A DNA stretch of 64,000 nucleotides, taken from positions 434,001 through 498,000 of the forward strand of contig OZ025799.1 in the NCBI GenBank assembly GCA_964019425.1, in the 5' to 3' direction. The number at the start of each line of letters is the position of its first letter. Position 1 is the first letter of the stretch. Made by a program: the position numbers and the translations under genes. Origin of the DNA: Flectonema sp. DT1601 (taxonomy: Eukaryota). This document shows, in pieces, positions 46,791 through 58,467 of the stretch. The notes below the pieces were generated by a model. The model had not been told where the DNA came from. It saw only the letters and a list, made by a program, of their open reading frames with translations, and searched no databases.

Positions 46791-47360
46791 GTTTGAATAA
46801 CTCAGTAGAGAAAGTATTATAAAGATAATAGAAACCTTCAAATTATTCTTCGAAATCCGTACTTTACATTGAATTGGCAACAAGCCGTGGAGAAAAGAAA
46901 CTAACTAATCAAGGTGACTTATCAAGACAGGAAGAACAATGATAAACAATTATCAAAAGCACATGGACAGAACTAATGATTTTGTTGAAAACATTCGTCT
47001 TCCTCATAAAGAAGACAACCCCAATCTCAAGTAACGAAAAATAGGGAAGAAAACTAAGCCAGACGAACATGGAGCAACTACAAGGTCAAGACAACGGTTT
47101 ATGACAATGGAAAGAACACACAAAACTAAAACAGATCGAGTCATAAAAAGAAAATTATTGCCAATCAGATCAAAACAATTACTACTACTTAATTGAAAGT
47201 ACCGTAAGAGGAATTATTTTTGTGGAGAAATCCGTTTTTTTTTATGAAACAATCGATTTTAAAGCCATCGATTTTTGTTTTCATTTTTTATTTCGTTTTT
47301 GTTTTTGTTTTTCTTCCGCATAATACTTCGGCACAGTTACATTTTCTGTCTTTTTGCAGA

Positions 47361-48755
47361 TTAGAGTTTTTCACACATAGAACTCATTAACACGATGGCG
47401 ATAATAATAAAACCAGCACCAAAAGCAGTCATGATAATACTGGCTGGTTTAGGTGTTCCGGCAATTGGATGATCGGCATCACAACGACCATCATCGTCAA
47501 CCTCACATGAATAAGACTTATACCCAGAAGGAAGCCTCCTTCCAGATAGCGTGTAATAGAGCGTAGAATCATTTTCGCACCTGGTCCCACCAAGACTTTG
47601 AACATCATTTCCGCTGTCAACCTTGAGAGCGTTAGCAAAAATAAAGCATCTCCCATCAGATTCATGAGGTGGGCTTTCTGCGTATCCGTTAGATACGGCC
47701 ATAACAATCAATAAACATCCCGCCGTCATAAACAAAACTAATGCAAGAGTTCTAATATTAAAACCAAACTTACTACACTTGATATCTTCAGGAAGTGAAA
47801 CCATCACTATAAGTGTTTCCCCTTCTGTCATGAAGGGGACAGTCTCATTGATTCTGTCATTCCCAAAAACAGCTTCTCTACCAATTGACTGGTGGTGGTA
47901 TATAATATTTTGATCTGACACAGGGATTTGTAAGGCGTAATCTTCGAAGAACTTATCACTAATTCGAAGCTTTAAGGCCTCTGCGTCAGCGTTCATCGGA
48001 ATGTTGAAAACACAAATAAACGATTCATAAACAGCTTCTATGGAAATCTCAGGCCCGCTTCCGAAGTCCGCTGTCATGTCCGGATCATTTTCTCGCGATG
48101 CGATAGGATCATGAGCCCTGACTAGTGTAACATTCACGGGCTCCGATTCTGTTTGTCCGCGGTCTCCGAGATTGTATGATTGAAGTAGGCAATTGTCTTC
48201 AAAAATATTCCCATTACACACCAAACGTTGTAGTCCCGGCAGGACACCCGTGTTTTCCCACACTTGTGCCTTCAAAACTATGACGGAGTCTGTTAGGTTG
48301 CAGCTGATAGTGTGATGACTGCCTTCAAACTGCACCTGAAACCAAACAATAGAAGCAGGGGGTGAAACATCATTAATGTTTACATGCCCTGGAGAGGAAG
48401 CAATATTCATTTCGATGTCTTCCTCATTTTCATTAGAAATCTGTGGAACTAAAGTCACAACAGTCGATTCAGGCGGAGGAGACCTCGTTATCTGACTCCG
48501 ATCTAACTTCAAGACTAAAGTAAATACACTCCATTCCGCAACTTCTGGTTTCAAGTCACCCAGTAGCATTTCGTCATTCGTCAATTCCTTGTTATCATAA
48601 GTCAGCCGTTGTCTCTCAGCCGCCACATTCTGGGAATCTGTTTCTTCAATCAACTTCTTAAAGTCACCAATAGTCATGTCCATTCGAACCGTGCATTCAA
48701 GGGAACGTAGCCCCATTGAAAGCATCTTCACCATAACTTTTACTTCCTCGCTCAT
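47361..48755 (-). CDS. Protein with up to three ubiquitin-like domains and two C-terminal TM segments
   Basis: MTIGDFKKLIEE...AERQRLTYDNKEL, SVIVLKAQVWENTGVLPGLQRLVCNGNIFEDNCLLQSYNL and ALKLRISDK...IPVSDQNIIY, followed by two hydrophobic helices around a Cys-containing loop. Confidence 0.82.
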   Translation of the reverse strand: MSEEVKVMVKMLSMGLRSLECTVRMDMTIGDFKKLIEETDSQNVAAERQRLTYDNKELTNDEMLLGDLKPEVAEWSVFTLVLKLDRSQITRSPPPESTVVTLVPQISNENEEDIEMNIASSPGHVNINDVSPPASIVWFQVQFEGSHHTISCNLTDSVIVLKAQVWENTGVLPGLQRLVCNGNIFEDNCLLQSYNLGDRGQTESEPVNVTLVRAHDPIASRENDPDMTADFGSGPEISIEAVYESFICVFNIPMNADAEALKLRISDKFFEDYALQIPVSDQNIIYHHQSIGREAVFGNDRINETVPFMTEGETLIVMVSLPEDIKCSKFGFNIRTLALVLFMTAGCLLIVMAVSNGYAESPPHESDGRCFIFANALKVDSGNDVQSLGGTRCENDSTLYYTLSGRRLPSGYKSYSCEVDDDGRCDADHPIAGTPKPASIIMTAFGAGFIIIAIVLMSSMCEKL

Positions 48756-49570
48756 TTTCAAGGTGACCCTAAAAGTGAATTATCTCCTGTACACAGAAAG
48801 AACTAATTAGAAAAGAAATATTCCTAACAGAAGGTTTTACAATAAACATTCTCTCAGCTAGAAGAACATACTAACAATCAGAATAAAATGATAAAAGATA
48901 GGGGTGGCACCAAGATGATCAGAAAAACAATGAGTAGCTTTTTTCTAAATGGGGAAGTCGCTGTACATCCATTTAGCCTGAGGTTTCCTCGTATATCCCT
49001 ATTCAGTAGAATCTACAAACTACATTTTTTTTTTTCTTTTTAACAGCAGTAACAATAATTAGTCCTTCACTTGTCCCGCTATAGAAAAGTAAAATATTGA
49101 TAAGACTGGTAAACTGAAGGAGTACAAAACATAAACAAGTGAGGGCGATATATATAATTATATTATATTGATGTGTATGTAGGTAAATATTAACAACTTT
49201 CTAAACCCTGATGTTAGAGGCATGTGTCGAATTTTTCATTTCTGCCGATAATTCTGTTGTGTCGCTCGGAACGCCGAGTTGGGATAAGCATACAAAACAT
49301 GCAAGCTTGTCTGCTAGTGTTGTTGTCACCGTCTTCCATGTAAAATGTGACCTAGAAATATTACCACTACACTGACCATCATACTTTCGGTGGTGATTTA
49401 GGATCAATCGATTGTTGCGTCTGCACCCTCTTGTGTTTGTGAGTTAGCGCTGGGGAGTCGGCGAGCAAGTCTCGTAATCTGTTTAATTTATATATTTCTT
49501 TTTTTAAGGTAGGTACAAGATTGGGTGATGGGCGCACCTAACAATCAGAACCTTCTAAGGAAGGGTAAAC

Positions 49571-49735
49571 CCCACCTTGAGGCATGTTCTGACCGGATAC
49601 CTGTTGCACTCAACCAAGGACGTTAAACTTGGAGATATGACAGTGTCCTCAAGAGAATTATACTCTTCTTGAAAGAGTTACTAGAAAAGTATAACCAGAG
49701 GAAGTCGTACTTGCCTCCACTGACAAAGACTTGAG
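49571..49735 (+). pseudogene. Fragment of an RLE-type non-LTR retrotransposon (zinc knuckle / pre-endonuclease region)
   Basis: Translates, with one frameshift and one stop, to PTLRHVLTG/PVALNQGR*TWRYDSVLKRI. This matches the TL.HIL..C..AL.QGRY.WRHD.VL motif of restriction-like-endonuclease LINEs. Confidence 0.75.
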
Positions 49736-50040
49736 TTGAATGCAGGGCCTGCCTGTGGCATTATAATAACAGGTTAAGTCATTTGTAGTTCACAGTTTAC
49801 TTCGATTTTATAATTTCACACAGGTATTATGAACGACGAGATATCCAGCGGGATCGCCCAGGGTCTAGTGGAGATTGCCAATGTTGTGCGGGAAGGTGAT
49901 CAACTTTGACATAGTTGTTTTTTTTGAGGAGGAATGTAGTAGGCAAAGCTTTAGGCTCACGGCCTTTCCTGAGTGAAGAAGAATGGGATGTCCTAACACA
50001 AGAATACAAAAGATAACGAAGTTCCGCTTCAAGAAAACAA

Positions 50041-51244
50041 TCACATACCAGGAAGCACTTCCAGACTTCCATCGACCTCCTTCGCACCTCGCATCTCCAA
50101 GGCATAAACAGGGGTGGAGTCACCGTGAACGTCATCAGCAGAACATCTCCTTCGATTGTAACGATATCTTGATGGAGGGGTCCGTTTTTTCAGAGTTGAA
50201 CGCTCAGACTTTCTCGGCGGAGTTTCATTTTCCTCATGTTCTTCTGTGTCTGGCGGACTCAAACCTTCTGCCCATGAAGCTAATTGGAACTTCAGGGCCG
50301 CAATTTGAGACCGTGCCAAGGCGAGTTGAACATTTAAATCGCTCGCCAATCCCGTTAACATCATAGATTGCTCAAGCTGCTCTGCGTGAGTTGTACACCG
50401 TTGGTGATTCAGCTCCGAGAGGCGAAGTTGGGCATCCAATAGTTGTTCTGAGAGCTTTGCCGCTTTCTCATTTGTTTCGAGAGAGTCATCTACTGCTCGA
50501 CAGTAGTTCTCGAGTAAGTCAATCCTACCCTCGGACCATTGTCTCGCAATAGGTGTATTCTCTTTAACGGAGATAACGTGACTCTCTTGTCGTAAATTCT
50601 TGGTCGGCGTGCGGTCGAGAGCTTCACTCTGCGGCATTGTCGGAGGAATTGAGGCTAGAGGACAAAGAGGGGTGGTATAATTAAGGGTAGGGATAAGGGT
50701 TTAATAAGAGGAGTAAAAAGACTACTCGTAGTTGTAAAGAGCGAGAGGTAGTTCTTTGCTATCTTCATCACAGCAACAGATTCATACAAAACGGGGGTTC
50801 GAGGGGAAACTTGTTGACTAAAGTGGGTCATGTGGGGATGCGCGGCACGCAAACTCTCGACCTCCCGTTGAGTATAGAAAAGTCTTATTTTACTTTCTCT
50901 TTCCTCATTACATTTGGTCTCCAATTCGTTCGACAGAAGAACAAACCTTTGATGGTAATTGAAGAGCGCCAATTCCGATAGGTCTGCTCTCCGAGCTCAC
51001 GTTTCCTGTAATCTTCCACTAAGTCATATTGTCGAACTAGTGCAGAAAGAGAAGTCTTCGATTCATCGCGTTCTGCTGTTAACCGTTGAATTACTCCTTC
51101 CAGAAGTTCATATTCTTTTCTATCTTTTTCAATAATTAAAACAGGGGGCGCAGGAGGAAGTGAGGATGGATCCTGGTTGGTAGCTTTGATCTCAACAGGT
51201 AATCCATTTAGTAACTGCTTGTCTTTCTCGAGGGAGGCTGACAT
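50041..51244 (-). pseudogene. Frameshifted coiled-coil ORF (possible gag/ORF1-like gene of a mobile element), copy 1
   Basis: Three consecutive ORFs (MSASLEKD..., ALFNYHQRF..., MPQSEALD...) join into the reading frame that is largely continuous in the inverted copy at 58468-59546. Confidence 0.65.
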
Positions 51245-51628
51245 CGCATTAAAGTAAAATAAAAATAGAACATAAAAAATTCGTTCTTTCATTTGTTCTA
51301 ATTCGTTTTCTAAAATTTGGCATTTCAATTATTTTAAAAGGTCGATCGGTATAGCCGATCGTTGAGAAAAAAAAACAGATATAAATATAATCGGTTTTTG
51401 TGATCGACGAGTGGAGCGATCACTTAACAAGAAGGAAAAAGAAAGGACCGATTAATTGGGGCTTTGGTTGTATTCCCAAGGCATGTTTTTTTTTTTTAAA
51501 TTATTTACTTGCATTGTTTTTTTTTTTTTTTTAAATTAATAATCACATTTTGTTCAAAAATATTTCATATTAGAGTAAAAGAAAAAAGAAAAGAAAAAAG
51601 AAATAAGAGAAAAAAAAAAAAACCATTG

Positions 51629-52104
51629 CTGGCCCCCTCACCACTCATAGAGGATGAGGAGGCCAGTAAGGCGTCACTCAAATCTATGCCAAGCCTTGGG
51701 AACTTGGATTGGGGTTTAGACCATTTACAATTAACAATTAACAATTAATCTGATTAACGTTATGATCTGACGGACATAAACATATCGACAAAATAATACA
51801 AATAAATAAATACTAATAGAAACTAGAACTTAGCAATCGTCATCTATAAAGATTCTTCTGCGATCATGAAAGTTCGTTGAGGATGGAGTTCGCTTTTTTT
51901 TTTTGATAAGCGCTCAAACCATTTACAATTAACAATTAATCTGATTGACGTTATGATCTGACGGACATAAGCATATCGACAAAATAATACAAATAAATAA
52001 ATACTAATAGAAACTAGAACTTAGCAATCGTCATCTAAAAAGATTCTTCTGCGATCATGAGAGTTCGTTGAGGGTGGAATTCGTTTTTTTTGTGATAGGC
52101 GCTC
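51629..52104. repeat. Terminal-repeat-like segment: GC hairpin (51629-51666) plus a ~190-bp tandem duplication (51720-51915 / 51918-52104); part recurs inverted at 59624-59768
   Basis: Direct comparison of the copies. The hairpin is CTGGCCTCCTCA...TGAGGGGGCCAG on the minus strand. Confidence 0.75.
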
Positions 52105-52270
52105 CCTCGGACGCGTTGGGGTCTCATTTTCTTCTTGCGCTTCCTTTTCGGGCGGGTTAAAACCATTTGCCCATGAATTTAACTACCATTTCAACAGGTT
52201 ATTTACTGAAATATTTGTTCTAAAAGTTGCTAAGTATTTCTCACTTAGAATTTTTTTATTTTTTTATTTT

Positions 52271-53012
52271 CAGCTTAATTAGCTACAAAGTGTTTCTACA
52301 GTTGGGAATTCCGTGCTTTGGAAGAGCGTTGTACCTACAACTGTCGGCGAGAAGCTGGTCAAGATGGAAACCGGTGATCGGCGTGAGGTTATGCAGAGTT
52401 GGCGGAAGAAGGACGGACTCACAAGCACATTCTTGAGGCAGCTATACCTTTTAAGAGAACTGCGTGGTTTAACAGGGATCAGCAGCCAGCAGAGATTGGT
52501 CGCCCAAGGAAGATATGTCCGGAATTAGAACAAGTGGTAGATACAGAGTACAGGGCATCATCCTCCGAGACAAGCATCGTCATGAAGCGGCTGTCTAAGC
52601 AGCGCAACTCTACTGTAACGATACAGAACGTCCTCCCTCCACACGGCTCAATCTATGCAAACAGTGTGCTCAAACGCGTTGTATCTTACACGACTTATCG
52701 TCGGATGCGACCTGACGAATATCGAAAGTTGGCTCGTCGAACAGACGTTTGCAACTACTGCCTAGCTGGTCAGGGTATTCGCAAGAAACTCACCAAGCTA
52801 ATAAAGGGTGTTGAAAGGAAGTCTGGAATGCAGCTCGCACCCCCGGTCTCATGAGTTGAATTACCAGGTGAGATTTGGACTGTTAGCTTTTGGCTAAGGC
52901 CCTCCCTGAAGAGCAAGAACAAAAAAACTACTCACACCTGAAGAAAACATACACATAGAACACACTGTAAGCTGTGTGTGTATTTTGTGTTTGTCACAAC
53001 AGGAGAGAAAAG
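52271..53012 (+). pseudogene. Degenerate DNA-transposase-like ORF; related pieces at 54960-55530 (-) and 49738-49915
   Basis: GRPRK...VSYTTYRRMRP......RRTDVCNYC resembles the S...F...RP.......C..C region seen upstream of the catalytic domain in Sola-type transposases (assignment from memory, unverified). Confidence 0.4.
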
Positions 53013-53164
53013 AGCATACATATTTTCTTCACAAGAACAAAAAAAATGGCTGGAAAAAAGACACACTTGCAGGGAAATATTCCCGTGGGGAAATATTCTC
53101 GCGGATTTAGAAAAAATAAAAAAAACTCGCGGGTTTTTCCCCACAAGAATATTTCCCTTTACAG
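53013..53164 (-). mobile_element. Partial MITE-2 (one terminus)
   Basis: Ends GAATATTTCCCTTTACAG|TA and is the reverse complement of 55712-55866. Confidence 0.85.
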
Positions 53165-53166
53165 TA

Positions 53167-54008
53167 TTCTTTTTTATTGATTTTGAAATAAAAAAAAAAA
53201 CAATCAGTTTAGCGTCTTGACCAGGACGGAAAATAGAAAGTGATCGACATAGTCGATCGATAAAAAAACAATGATAACATTGTTTATTCTTTTTTTTTTA
53301 TTTTAAATTCTTTTTATTTATTTTTTAAAAAGAAAAAAAAACGGAAAATAGAAATTAGTCGACAAAGTCGAACGATAAAAAAAAAAAACAATGATAACAT
53401 TGTTTATTCTTTTTTTTGTATTTTTTTTATATTCTTTTTTATTAATTTGAAAAAAAAACAATCAGTTTAGCGTCTTGACCAGGACGGAAAATAGAAAGTG
53501 ATCGACATAGTCGATCGATAAAAAAAAACAATGATAATATTGTTTATTCTTTTTTTTATTTTAAATTCTTTTTATTTATTTTTTAAAGAAAAAAATGGAA
53601 AATGAGAAATTAGTCGACAAAGTCGAACGATAAAAAAAAAACAATGATAACATTGTTTATTCTATTTTTTATTTTATTTTTTCTATTCTTTTTTATTAAT
53701 TTTGAAAAAAAAAAAAAAAAAAAAAAAAAAAAACAGTCAGTTTAGCGTCTTGACCAGGACGGAAAATAGAAAGTGATCGACATAGTCGATCGATAAAAAA
53801 ACAATGATAACATTGTTTATTCTTTTTTTTTTATTTTAAATTCTTTTTATTTATTTTTTAAAGAAAAAAAAACGGAAAATAGAAATTAGTCGACAAAGTC
53901 GAACGATAAAAAAAAAACAATGATAACATTGGTTATCCTTTTTTTTATTTTTTTTTTTTATATTCTTTTTTATTAATTTTGAAAAAAAAAACAATCAGTT
54001 TAGCGTCT
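53167..54008. repeat. Array of alternating ~100-135-bp hairpin-rich units (part of the one-ended element)
   Basis: Units AACAATCAGTTTAGCGTCTTGACCAGGACGGAAAATAGAAAGTGATCGACATAGTCGATCG...AACAATGATAACATTGTTTATTC alternate with a shorter variant. Further arrays lie at 54155-54545, 56150-56735, 57757-58467, 59933-60630 and 62131-62468. Confidence 0.9.
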
Positions 54009-54012
54009 GGAG

Positions 54013-54152
54013 AATGCATCTGGAGAAAAAATCACTTCTGAGCAGAAATATTAGTGCGGTGGAAATATTACTGCGTGAAAAAATTAGTGCGGTTTTTTGC
54101 AGATTTGGAAATTAGTGCGGTTTTTTCCGCGCAGTAATATTTCCAGTTGCAG
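54013..54152 (-). mobile_element. Left half of a split MITE-1 (right half at 57594-57754)
   Basis: The two halves together reconstitute 58125-58426, and their outer flanks rejoin as AACAATGA-TA-ACATTGTT, the empty TA site. Confidence 0.85.
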
Positions 54153-54370
54153 TATCATTGTTTTTTTTTATCGTTCGACTTTGTTGACTAATTTTTATTT
54201 TCCCTTTTTTTTTCTTTAAAAAATAAATAATAAGAATTTAAAAAAAAAAAAAAAAAGAATAAACAATGTTATCATTGTTTTTTTATCGATCGACTATGTC
54301 GATCGCTTTCTATTTTCCGTCCTGGTCAAGACGCTAAACTGATTGTTTTTTCTTTAAAATAATAAAAAGG

Positions 54371-54402
<32 letters not shown>

Positions 54403-54516
54403 AATAAACAATGTTATCATTGTTTTTTTTTTCTATCGATCGACTATGTCGATTAATTTCTATTTTCCGTCCCGATCGAGACGCTAAACTGATTGTTTCC
54501 TTTTTTTAAATAATAA

Positions 54517-54551
<35 letters not shown>

Positions 54552-55711
54552 ATCTCCCTGCTATCCTCATATCCCCACAATAATATTATACCTTTTCATT
54601 TTCTCTTTCCTTTTCTGGTCTTTTTTTTTTCTTCTTTTTTTTTCCTTTTTCATACAACGTTTTTTATTTATATTTTTTTTTTTTTTTATATTTTTTTCAT
54701 GTTTGAATATTTCCTCTTCATATTTTTTTTTTCTTTTCTTTCTTTTTTTTTTTTTTTTCTCTGCCTCTCTCTTAATTCTGTTCGTTTCTTTGAAACGAAA
54801 ATTCATTTGAATATTATTCCTTGGTCAGCAACCATCATTGTCGCCCTTTGGGCCTGTTAAAAAAAATAAAAAATAAAAAGAAAGTTTACATCGGGAATAG
54901 GGCAGGAGCCAAAAGCTCCCAGTCCGTTACTTCCCACTTTATCGAAATTCTCCATCTACTTTTTATTTTCTATTAGTTCTGGTCAGAAACTCCTGGGCAG
55001 CAAGAAGGAAAGCAGTTAAGTACTTCTGGGTGTTTGGCATCACCCCCCATAGTGAGCAAGTACAACAGGTAGCATTGGTAGTCTGTTGATCCTGAGTGAT
55101 CCCAGCTACAGTTTTGTTTTTCTTTCTTTTTTTTAGAAGAAGATCAGGACATCCAAGCACTGCTGGATAGTTGCTGAATGCAGGGCCTGCCTGTGGCATT
55201 ATAATAACAGGCTAAGTCATTTGTAGTTCATAGTTTACCTTTGATTTTATAACTTCACACAGGGTACTATGAACGATGAGAGATCCAGTGGGATCACTCA
55301 GGGTCTAGTAGAGACCACCAATGTTGTGCGTTGATAGGCAAGGTGACCAACCTTGACATTCTTTCTTTTCTCTCCTGTTGTGACAAACACAAAATACACA
55401 CACAGCTTACAGTGTGTTCTTTGTGTATGTTTTCTTCAGGTGTGAGTAGTTTTTTTGTTCTTGCTCTTCAGGGAGGGCCTTAGCCAAAAGCTAACAGTCC
55501 AAATCTCACCTGGAAATTCAACTCCTTCCCTCTGGAAGGGTTGTAAGCCATGGTGTCCAACTAAATTAAAGGACAAGTCTGGGATAATCCCTGCCAGAGG
55601 GGCGAGTATTCTACCATGGTTGAAATACTCTGGCAACTGATCTTCAATTTTATGTTGTTTGTTAGCTGCTGGTGTATCCTGATCATGTGTTGATACTTGC
55701 ATTTTTTTTTA

Positions 55712-56147
55712 CTGTAAAGGGAAATATTCTTGTGGGGAAAAACCCGCGAGTTTTTATTATTTTTTCTAAATCCGCGAGAATATTTCCCCGCGGGAATATT
55801 TCCCTGCAAGCATATCTTTTTTCCAGCCATTTTTTTTGTTCCTTTTTGTGAAGAAAATATGTGTGCTATGAAGGAAAGTTTCAGCAAAAATTATTTTTGT
55901 TGTAGTTTTTTATTGTGTTTGCTCGTAAATAATGATTTGTTCCACCTGACATTCGATGAAAGCACAAAGATTTGTTAAATTCTTGATCAACTGACTCACT
56001 TTCGCAAAAATCCTCTGTGGCAGGGAAATATTCTTGTGGGGAAAAACCCGCGAGTTTGAAAAAAAATCCCCAAATCCGCGAGAATATTTCCCCGCGAGAA
56101 AATTTCCCCGCAAGAATATTTCCCCGCGAGAATATTTCCCTTTACAG
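55712..56147. mobile_element. MITE-2, 436 bp, Tc1/mariner/pogo-type (TA-flanked), with subterminal GGGAAATATTC repeats
   Basis: TA|CTGTAAAGGGAAATATTCT ... AGAATATTTCCCTTTACAG|TA; no coding capacity. Confidence 0.88.
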
Positions 56148-56692
56148 TATAAAAAAAAAAAAAAAAAAAAAAAGAATAAACAATGTTATCATTGTTTTTT
56201 TTATCGATCGACTATGTCGATCACTTTCTATTTTCCGTCCTGGTCAAGACGCTAAACTGATTGTTTTTTTTTTCAAAATTAATAAAAAAAGAATATAAAA
56301 AAAAAAAAAAAAAAAAAAGGAATAAACAATGTTATCATTGTTTTTTTTTATCGTTCGACTTTGTCGACTAATTTCTATTTTCCGTTTTTTTTTCTTTAAA
56401 AAATAAATAAAAAGAATTTAAAAAAAAAAAAAAAGAATAAACAATGTTATCATTGTTTTTTTTTTATCGATCGACTATGTCGATCACTTTCTATTTTCCG
56501 TCCTGGTCAAGACGCTAAACTGATTGTTTTTTTTTCAAAATTAATAAAAAAAGAATATAAAAAAAAAAAAAAAAAAAAAAAAAGAATAAACAATGTTATC
56601 ATTGTTTTTTTTCTATCGATCGACTATGTCGATTAATTTCTATTTTCCGTCCCGATCGAGACGCTAAACTGATTGTTTCCTTTTTTTAAACA

Positions 56693-56737
<45 letters not shown>

Positions 56738-56851
56738 ATCTCCCTGCTATCCTCATATCCCCACAATAATATTATACCTTTTCATTTTCTCTTTCCTTTT
56801 CTGGTCTTTTTTTTTTTTTTTTTTTTTCTTTTTTTTTCCTTTTTCATACAA

Positions 56852-57295
56852 GAATTCGATAGAGTGGGAAGTAACGGACTGGGAGCTTTTGGCTCCTGCC
56901 CTATTCCCGATGTAAACTTTCTTTTTATTTTTTTTCTTTTTTTAACAGGCCCAGAGGGCGACAATGACTGTTGCTGACCAAGGAATAATATTCAAATGAA
57001 TTTTCGTTTCAAAGAAACGAACAGAATTAAGAGAGAGGCAGAGAAAAAAAAAAAAAAAGAAAGAAAAGAAAAAAAAAATATGAAGAGGAAATAATCAAAC
57101 ATGAAAAAAATAAAAAAAAAATAAAATATAAATAAAAAACGTTATATGAAAAAGGAAAAAAAAGAAAAAAAAAAAAAAAGACCAGAAAAGGAAAGAGAAA
57201 ATGAAAAGGTATAATATTATTGTGGGGATATGAGGATAGCAGGGAGATGCTCTTTTTTTTTTTTTTTTTTTTTTTTTTATTTATTATTTAAAAAA
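56852..57295. mobile_element. Short copy of the one-ended element inserted in inverted orientation into another copy of itself
   Basis: Begins at the fixed end GAATTCGATAGAGTGGGAAG and interrupts the host sequence CATACAA|CGTTTTT, which is intact at 54651-54665 and 60738-60752. Confidence 0.8.
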
Positions 57296-58124
57296 CGTTT
57301 TTATTTATATTTTATTTTATTTTTTTTTTTATTTTTTTCATGTTTGATTATTTCCTCTTCATATTTTTTTTTTCTTTTCTTTCTTTTTTTTTTTTTTTTC
57401 TCTGCCTCTCTCTTAATTCTGTTCGTTTCTTTGAAACGAAAATTCATTTGAATATTATTCCTTGGTCAGCAACCATCATTGTCGCCCTTTGGGCCTGTTA
57501 AAAAAAAAAAAAAAAAAAAAAAGAAAGTTTACATCGGGAATAGGGCAGGAGCCAAAAGCTCCCAGTCCGTTACTTCCCACTTTATCGAAATTCTTCTGCT
57601 GGTGCCTTACACAGCAAAAAAGCAACCAAATTTTTTTCTACCACCAAGTGGAAAAAACCGCACTAATCTTTTCTCAAAAAAACCGCACTAATTTTTCCGC
57701 ACAGTAATATTTCCCCGCAGTAATTATTCAGCGCAGTAATATTTCCAGTTGCAGTAACATTGTTTATTCTTTTTTTTTTTGTTTTTTTTTTTATATTCTT
57801 TTTTATTAATTTTGAAAAAAAACAATCAGTTTAGCGTCTTGACCAGGACGGAAAATAGAAAGTAATCGACATAGTCGATCGATAAAAAAACAATGATAAC
57901 ATTGTTTATTCTTTTTTTTTTTATTTTTTTTATATTTTTTTTTTAATTATTTTTGAAAAAAAAAAAAAAAAACAATCAGTTTAGCGTCTTGACCAGGACG
58001 GAAAATAGAAAGTGATCGACATAGTCGATCGATAAGAAAACAATGATAACATTGTTTATTCTTTTTTTTTATTTTAAATTCTTCTTATTAATTTTTAAAG
58101 AAAAAAAACGGAAAATAGAAATTA

Positions 58125-58426
58125 CTGCAACTGGAAATATTACTGCGCGGAAAAAACCGCACTAATTTCCAAATCTGCAAAAAACCGCACTAATTTTTCC
58201 ACGCAGTAATATTTCCACCGCACTAATATTTCTGCTCAGAAGTGATTTTTTCTCCAGCTGCATTTTTCTGCTGGTGCCTTACACAGCAAAAAAGCAACCA
58301 AATTTTTTTTTACCACCAAGTGGAAAAAACCGCACTAATTTTTTCTCAGAAAAACCGCACTAATTTTTCCGCGCAGTAATATTTCCCCGCAGTAATTATT
58401 CAGTGCAGTAATATTTCCAGTTGCAG
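58125..58426. mobile_element. MITE-1, 302 bp, with TA target-site duplication
   Basis: TIR CTGCAACTGGAAATATTACTGC / GCAGTAATATTTCCAGTTGCAG. The empty site GAAAT-TA-GTCGAC is seen in other array units; here it reads GAAAT-TA[element]TA-GTCGAC. Confidence 0.93.
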
Positions 58427-58467
58427 TAGTCGACAAAGTCGAACGATAAAAAAAAAACAATGATAAC

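Noticed and set aside
49200..49210. Telomere-like CTAAACCCT, and (TTAG)n at 3960-3984
   Set aside because: The first is a single unit, and the (TTAG)n run is the tail of a dispersed repeat. There is no telomeric array.
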